A stretch of 64,000 nucleotides of DNA, from assembly GCF_009914755.1 (NCBI RefSeq), contig NC_060938.1. One strand, written 5' to 3'. The notes under the pieces are model-generated. The model made no database searches. It was not told the DNA's origin and saw nothing but the letters and a program-made list of their open reading frames with translations. The translations under genes and the position numbers were made by a program. The number at the start of each line of letters is the position of its first letter. Position 1 is the stretch's first letter. Source of the DNA: the human T2T-CHM13v2.0 reference genome, Homo sapiens. Positions 57,285 to 64,000 of this stretch are shown piece by piece.

Positions 57285-60200
57285 CATGTCTAGCGTCACC
57301 CTCCTTCCTGGCAGTGACACTGTTGATGTGAACCCCAATTTCACATCTGTCATTTGTAAATAGGACCATTTTCCCTTTTCGCTCTCCCTTCCATTCACAG
57401 GGCTTTTCATTCTCTCTGTTACTGCCTCCGTTTCAGATATTTACTCACCTTTTTCTCTCTCACTATGTCTGCCGTGGGCTCCATGAGAGTGCGCCACATA
57501 AGATTCCCCCATTAAAAGTCATGAATTGAGTGGCTTTTAGTATACCTGTGGTTGTGCACATTCAAATTTAATTCGCAATTCATTGTAGAACGTCTTATCA
57601 CTCCCGGCCAGAGAAAAACCCTGTAGACATTAGTCACTCCTCATTCTGTCTCAAACCCTCTCCCTCACCCGCAGCCCTAGGTAGCAACTACCTAGTGCGA
57701 TCAATCCCATATGCATAGATTACCATATTGTGGACATTTCCTATAAGCGGAATTGCACAATAGGGGAGCTGTTATGACTGACATAACACGTAACACAATA
57801 TTTTCAAGATTCGTCCACATTGTAGGCTTACCCACAGGGGGAAACCATTTTTTTGGGGGCTTTTAGTAACACCGGTGTTTTCTCCTTCGTTACGTCCTTC
57901 TTTCCTTCCTTCCTTCCTTCCTTCCTTCCTGACTTCCTTCTTTCCTTCCCTCCTTCCTCCTATTTCTCTCTTACTCCTTCTGCCCTCTCTCTTTCCTATG
58001 CCTTAGGTGCATCCCACATTCTGCGTTTTTTTGGGGAAATCCTCGACAGGTGCAGGAAAATTGTGTTATTGTAACTATTTACCGTTATCTCTCTTTCACG
58101 GCTCTCCATCAGTTGTGAACATCTATTGGTTTATCCCAAGTCTCTAAGCATATTTTCATTAGGTAAACCTGTTTTTCCTTATACAGCTGTTTCTGGAGTA
58201 TAGGGTCGCATACTCATAAACCCAGTGTAACTCAGAAACGCATCTAATATTCCAGTAAACCCATCATAACGTTGAAAAATCGTAAATCAAACCATCATAA
58301 GTCACGGTTTGTCCGTGGATATGGGCCTCATCAATTCCATTGTATTCAGTAATGCTGTACACCATTAACAATGGCAGACTGATTGGGAGTGGATATTGAT
58401 AGCATTATAAAAGTCAGTTATTAGAGGGATACTTCTTTAACCTGACTGAAGAACTGATCTAATGGCTTTAGTACAGTGCATGATTATGTGCGATGTTTTG
58501 AGACAGAGTAGTACATTTGTGAATGAAATTTTATGGCTTTTTTTTTCACTTAGTAGGAACCATTGTGTGTGGAAAAGTGAGAAAATGGCTTTCTGCTGTA
58601 GGGTCTGGCATTCATTGTAGATGTAAGCTTATTTTTCTGTGAGCAAATCTTATTCAATAAAATACTACTCTTTATACTAAAAATCAAAAACAGTGGTGAT
58701 GTGTGGTCATTATCCTCAGCAAACTTATCCAGGGAAAGAAAACCAAACGCCACAACTCACTTATAATGGGAGCTGAAAAATGAGATCCCATGGACACAGG
58801 AAGGGGAACAACACACACTGGGGCCTTCCGGGAGACAGAGCGTTAAGAAAAACAGCTACTGCATGCTGGGATTAATACCTAGGTGATGGGTTGACAGGTG
58901 CAGCAAACCACCATGGCACACGTTTACCTTAGTAACAAATCTGCACATCATGCACATATACCCCAGAACTTAGGAACGAAACGAAACAAAAGACAACGAA
59001 AAAGCAACAGCAAAACGCTAAAGGCAAAATAAAGTTTCAAACTGAGAAAGTGACAGACCAACGTCTGGTTCAAATCATGGTTCTCAACCCAGGTGCCATA
59101 AGGTCAGGATAAAGGATGTGATTACATATTGTCAATAAGACATGCAGCAAATGACCAGAATGATTATTCTCAACATATGAGTGTCTTCTAATTCAATGGC
59201 GACGCTATCTACCGGGACATAGCATTAGATTCCAAAGGGCCGAGTCCCGCCAGACAGGCCTCCCACACTAATAACAATGGGAAGCCCTACGTTGCTTTAC
59301 CTGTGCTTCTCAGCCACTGGCTATAAATCAGGTTGCCACCACTCCCAGATTTAGTTGCATTCATTTGCTGGAAGAGCTCACAGCACGCAGGGAAACACAT
59401 TTGCCGTTGTATTTTAGCGGACATTGCACAAAGTTCAGAAATAAATGTGGGGCCCGGCATGTGGGGAGGGGCGCACTACCTTCCAGGAAGTGCTATCCAG
59501 AAGCTCTCTGAACCCAGTCCTTTTGGGTTTTGATGGAGACCTCATTCTATAGGCATGATGGGTTAAACCATAGGCTATTGGTGATCAACTCCACCTGGGG
59601 CTCTCCACCCTCCCTGGAAATTGGGGTTGAGGCTTTGCCATCCTCAGTCTGACTAAAAGAATTTACCCAAACGGAATTTTAAAACCGATGAGCATAACTG
59701 GAATCTTAATTAGATGATTGGATTATCTGGAGCCACACCTTGATATTCCTAACCCGAGCACCCTCATCCAACGAATGCTCCACCCAACTGGCTCCCAAGT
59801 CTCTACGTGGTTCCAGAGCAAAAGGATGTTGATACAACGCATATCTCCACCTTTTCTTCAAAGTCTTTACGCTTACACGGAAAGACTTCTTCAACTGCCA
59901 TGCATCAGGGTCAGGGGGAGGTCTTGTTACAACACAGATCTGCGGATCTCCGGGGTTTGACTGTGGCAAGGATGCTGCTGGTGTCAAAACCACAACGTGG
60001 GAACCACAGAACCACTAGTGGGTTTTCAGTGTTTCAGTGCATACAATTCCTAATATATCTGGCTAAGAAAACTTGTAAGTTCTTAGATTGTCCCAAAGGT
60101 GGCGCATGAAATCAAAGCAGGAGAACAGTTTCCTTACGAGGTGTAGCCTGGGAAAGTTGGGGGTGACTGATGGAAAGGAGGAGTGAAGCTCCACCCTTTC

Positions 60201-60380
60201 CGCTGCTAGGCTGCGGCCGAGGCAATTTAAACCCACCCTGGCTGGCCTGTACTCAGATCTTCGCGGAGCGGATCAGCGGCCGGAGCGTTTGGCGGACTCT
60301 GCGTGGACTTGGAGCTCACAGAGTCTTGCGACTTGGAAGCGGATTCAGAGGACAGGACAGAACACTTGGACAAGTGAATC

Positions 60381-60411
<31 letters not shown>

Positions 60412-60580
60412 CATTGGTTGGTTGATTTCCATTTTCTTAAGGGGCACATACCTCACACCGCACACACACAAACACACACACGCACACACACACACACACG
60501 CACACACACGCACACACACTCCTTCCTTCTGCGAGTTAGAACGTTAGTAGGGGCCCCTGGGAGCTGCAGGTTTCCTAAAC

Positions 60581-63562
60581 ATGTCTGCACCTAAGAACAG
60601 TAGGGTCTTGTCTGGCTCTTCTTATGAACGGTCCCCCAGCCCGGACTCCCCAAGGTCCATGCGAGCCTCACCCAGCTTCTCCCTCTCCCCTCTCAGAAAC
60701 TCAGGCTTAAGGGGAAGCTCCTCACCAGGGATCGGGAGCTACCATTCACCATCCCCTAGGGCTTCACCACACTCACCTCTGTCATCACCAGAATCCCACA
60801 AGCTCCCATTTCCCTGTCCTCACCGTGATGGGCAATCAATAAAGCCATTGGGCTCTCCCGTGTCCTCCTCTGAGGAATCCTCAGAGTCCCCACGTTCATC
60901 AATAATATACCACATGTTCTTACTGCCATCACCCAGCAGCTCACCCCCAGCTCTCGGGGGGTCTCCTGTGTCTCCCAGCTACTCTCCAAACAACCCCAGA
61001 TTTCAGCTGCGGTCAGCCCCCCACACCAAGGAATCACCTACAAACTCACGAGCCTCACGCTGCTCCACCCCTGTGTCTTTCATCTCTTCACCCCCAGGCC
61101 TCAGGGACCCTCCTGTGGCTCCCAGTTACTCTCCAGCCATCCCCAGGTTCCTGCGGGAGTCAGCCCCATACACCCAGGAGTCCCCCAGAGACTCACAGGT
61201 CTTGGGAGATTATGAGCGGTCCCTCAGCCCTGACTCCTCAAGATTCATGCCTGCCTCACCCAGCTTCTCCCTCTCCCCTCCCAGAAACTCAGACCCAAGG
61301 GGCAGCTCCTCACCAGGGATGTGGAAGTCCTCTACATCATCCCGCAGGGCTTCACCACTCTCACATCCGTCATCAACAGAATTCCACAACTTTACGTTTC
61401 CCTTTCCTAACCAAGCAGGACAGTCACTCATGTCATTGTGTTCTCCCGTGACCTCCTCTGGAGATTCTTCACAGTCACCTCATTCATCAATAATATACCA
61501 TATGTTCTTACTGCCATCATCCAGCAGCTCACCCCCAGCCACCCATGACTCTCCTGTCTGTCCCAGCTACTCTCCAACTACGCCCAGATTTCAGCGGGAG
61601 TCTCTACCCCACACCCCAGAAACACCTACAAACTCACAGACCTCAGTGAGATCCTCGCCAGTCTCTCTCACGTCTTCACCCCCAGCCCTTACGGACCCTC
61701 CAGTCTGTCCCAGCTACTCTCCAACCACGCCCACATTTCAGCGCGGGTCAGTTCCAGGAACCCAGGGATCACCACCAAGCCCACCGCTTTCACTGAGTTA
61801 CTCCCCAGTCTCTAGCACGTCTTTATCTCCAACCCTCAGGGACTCGCCTGTCTGTCCCAGCTACTCTCCAAACACGCCCACACTTCAGCGGCAGTCCGTT
61901 GCAGGCACCCAGAAGTCACCACCAAACTCACCAATTTCACTGCGTTACTCCCCAGTCTCTCTCATGTCTTCACCATCCCTCAGGGACTCTCCCGTCTGTC
62001 CCAGCTACTCTCCAACCACGCCCACATTTCAGCTGGAGTCAGTTCCAGGCACCCCGGAATCACCACCAAACTCACCAATTTCACTCAGTTACTCCTCAGT
62101 CTCTACCACGTCTTTATCTCCAACCCTCAGGGACTCTCCTGTGTGTCCCAGCTACTCTCCAACCATGCCCACACTTCAGCGGGAGTCAGTTCCAGGCACC
62201 CAGGAATCACCACCAAACTCACCAATTTCACTCAATTACTCTCCAGTCTCTCTCGTGTCTTCACCAGCCCTCAGGGACTCTCCTGTCTGTCCCAGCTACT
62301 CTACAACCACGCCCACATTTCAGCTGGAGTCAGTTCCAGGCACCCCGGAGTCACCACCAAACTCACCAGTTTCACTCAGTTACTCCCCGGTCTCTCTCAT
62401 GTCATCACCCCCAGCCCTCAGGGACTCTCCTGTGTGTCCCAGCTACTCTCCAACCATGCCCAGATTCCAGCGGGAGTCAGTTCCAGGCACCCATGTATCA
62501 CCACCAAACTCAGCAGTTTCACTGAGTTACTCCCCAGTCTCTCTCATGTCTTCACCCCCAGACCCCTGGGACTCTCCTGTCTGTCCCAGCTACTCTCCCA
62601 CCACGCCCAGATTTCAGCGGGAGTCAGCCTCCCACACTCCGGAATCAGATACAGACTCACAGACTTCACTGAACTCCTCCCTGGTCTCTCTCAGGTCTTT
62701 GCCCTCATCCCACAGGGACTCTTGTGTCTCTTTCAGCTACTCTCAAAACTTCTCTAGATTCCAGCTGGAGTCAGTTCCAGGCACCCACGATACACCACCG
62801 AACTCACGAATTTCACTGACTTACGCCCCAGTCTCCCTCATGTTCTCACCCCCAGCCCTCAGGGACTCTTCTGTCTCTCTCAGCTACTCTCCAACCATCT
62901 CCAGATTTCACCTGGAGTCAGCTTCCCACACCCTGGAATCACCTGCAAACTCACGGACCTTACTGCAACCATCCCCCATTTCTTTCACCTCTTCACCCCC
63001 TGCCTTCAGGGACTCTCCTGGGTCTCCCAGCTTCTCTCCAGCCTTCCCCAGATTTCTGCCACAGTCAGCCCCAGGCACCCAGGACAACCCTAGACACTCA
63101 CAGGCCTCACCAGACTATCTCCCTATGACCTGTACCTATACAGGGATGGCTCCCACGCATCCCTCAGTGACCCCAAACCCATCTCCACTTACACTCAGGC
63201 ACTCCCAGGGCCTGACAGCTACTCCCCGTTATTGTCCTTCAGTTCGAAGCCCTGGCCAATCTACTAGCCCACATGACGCAGTTACCTGGCCATTTCTCCA
63301 CGGTTCCCGGGAGGGCCCCACACCCAGCCGCACAAGAGCCCCTCCTGCATTCCGTCCTCACACGCAGGCCTGTCCATCTACTTGCTACTGTCACACTCTT
63401 GCCAGCAGAAGAGGCCCCTGTAATGGCCGATATCACCACCCAGTCTATCCTCACCCCACAGCTGTGCAGCGGGAACCCCCTGCTGGCCCACGTGGCTGCC
63501 ACAGCCCATGCTGGCACGACGCTCCAGCAGGTCGGCGTCCCTGCGGGCCAAACTACCGGTGA
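60581..63562 (+). CDS. CTD-heptad-like Ser/Pro-rich repeat protein, 993 aa, unit 10
   Basis: Intact ORF; unit-5 type. Confidence 0.55.
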   Translation: MSAPKNSRVLSGSSYERSPSPDSPRSMRASPSFSLSPLRNSGLRGSSSPGIGSYHSPSPRASPHSPLSSPESHKLPFPCPHRDGQSIKPLGSPVSSSEESSESPRSSIIYHMFLLPSPSSSPPALGGSPVSPSYSPNNPRFQLRSAPHTKESPTNSRASRCSTPVSFISSPPGLRDPPVAPSYSPAIPRFLRESAPYTQESPRDSQVLGDYERSLSPDSSRFMPASPSFSLSPPRNSDPRGSSSPGMWKSSTSSRRASPLSHPSSTEFHNFTFPFPNQAGQSLMSLCSPVTSSGDSSQSPHSSIIYHMFLLPSSSSSPPATHDSPVCPSYSPTTPRFQRESLPHTPETPTNSQTSVRSSPVSLTSSPPALTDPPVCPSYSPTTPTFQRGSVPGTQGSPPSPPLSLSYSPVSSTSLSPTLRDSPVCPSYSPNTPTLQRQSVAGTQKSPPNSPISLRYSPVSLMSSPSLRDSPVCPSYSPTTPTFQLESVPGTPESPPNSPISLSYSSVSTTSLSPTLRDSPVCPSYSPTMPTLQRESVPGTQESPPNSPISLNYSPVSLVSSPALRDSPVCPSYSTTTPTFQLESVPGTPESPPNSPVSLSYSPVSLMSSPPALRDSPVCPSYSPTMPRFQRESVPGTHVSPPNSAVSLSYSPVSLMSSPPDPWDSPVCPSYSPTTPRFQRESASHTPESDTDSQTSLNSSLVSLRSLPSSHRDSCVSFSYSQNFSRFQLESVPGTHDTPPNSRISLTYAPVSLMFSPPALRDSSVSLSYSPTISRFHLESASHTLESPANSRTLLQPSPISFTSSPPAFRDSPGSPSFSPAFPRFLPQSAPGTQDNPRHSQASPDYLPMTCTYTGMAPTHPSVTPNPSPLTLRHSQGLTATPRYCPSVRSPGQSTSPHDAVTWPFLHGSREGPTPSRTRAPPAFRPHTQACPSTCYCHTLASRRGPCNGRYHHPVYPHPTAVQREPPAGPRGCHSPCWHDAPAGRRPCGPNYR

Positions 63563-64000
63563 CATGTCTAGCGTGACCCTCCTTCCTGGCAGTGACACTG
63601 TTGATGTGAACCCCAATTTCACATCTGTCATTTGTAAATAGGACCATTTTCCCTTTTCGCTCTCCCTTCCATTCACAGGGCTTTTCATTCTCTCTGTTAC
63701 TGCCTCCGTTTCAGATATTTACTCACCTTTTTCTCTCTCACTATGTCTGCCGTGGGCTCCATGAGAGTGCGCCACATAAGATTCCCCCATTAAAAGTCAT
63801 GAATTGAGTGGCTTTTAGTATACCTGTGGTTGTGCACATTCAAATTTAATTCGCAATTCATTGTAGAACGTCTTATCACTCCCGGCCAGAGAAAAACCCT
63901 GTAGACATTAGTCACTCCTCATTCTGTCTCAAACCCTCTCCCTCACCCGCAGCCCTAGGTAGCAACTACCTAGTGCGATCAATCCCATATGCATAGATTA

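Larger units (their letters stand above)
2070..64000 (+). repeat. Tandem array of ~6.28-kb ACRO-composite-type units (10 copies, last partial)
   Basis: The CCTAATAT landmark recurs at 2070, 9812, 16081, 22369, 28649, 34929, 41209, 47489, 53769 and 60049 (periods 7742, 6269, 6288, then 6280). A 147-bp satellite plus TE fragments in a 6-7 kb unit matches the ACRO1/ACRO composite of primate acrocentric arms (recognised from memory, not searched). Confidence 0.9.

Noticed and set aside
2070-64000. Telomere-specific retrotransposon array (HeT-A/TART-like) maintaining the end
   Set aside because: No gag or RT similarity, no poly(A) at the unit junctions, units contain old TE debris, and a normal telomerase-type tract is present. 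Tandem duplication explains the array.

Overview
The window looks like the tip of a primate (human or great-ape) chromosome arm, most likely an acrocentric short arm. Bases 1-2074 are a (CCCTAA)n telomere. It joins directly, with no TAR1 or variant-repeat zone and with 5-bp CCTAA microhomology, to a head-to-tail array of a ~6.28-kb composite unit. Ten copies are in view: the first is 7.74 kb and the last is cut by the window end. Each unit has a 147/144-bp ACRO1-type satellite block followed by old TE fragments (L1MB-like, MER47-like, L1PA 3' end, MER21-like, MER5-like), matching the ACRO composite repeat. The satellite block lies inside one long ORF per unit: 993 aa in most copies, 1475 aa in the telomere-adjacent copy, and one copy with a nonsense codon. 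Each ORF has a GC-box/TATA/Inr-like promoter, a candidate 5' intron and poly(A) signals. The 49-aa monomer parses into seven degenerate RNA Pol II CTD-like heptads (YSPTTPT/FQLESVP/GTPESPP/NSPVSLS/YSPVSLM/SSPPALR/DSPVCPS), and the protein ends in a non-repetitive Cys/His-rich tail. The array may be a tandem gene family encoding a CTD-mimic disordered protein. Expression and translation cannot be shown from sequence alone, and TE family calls are by eye.
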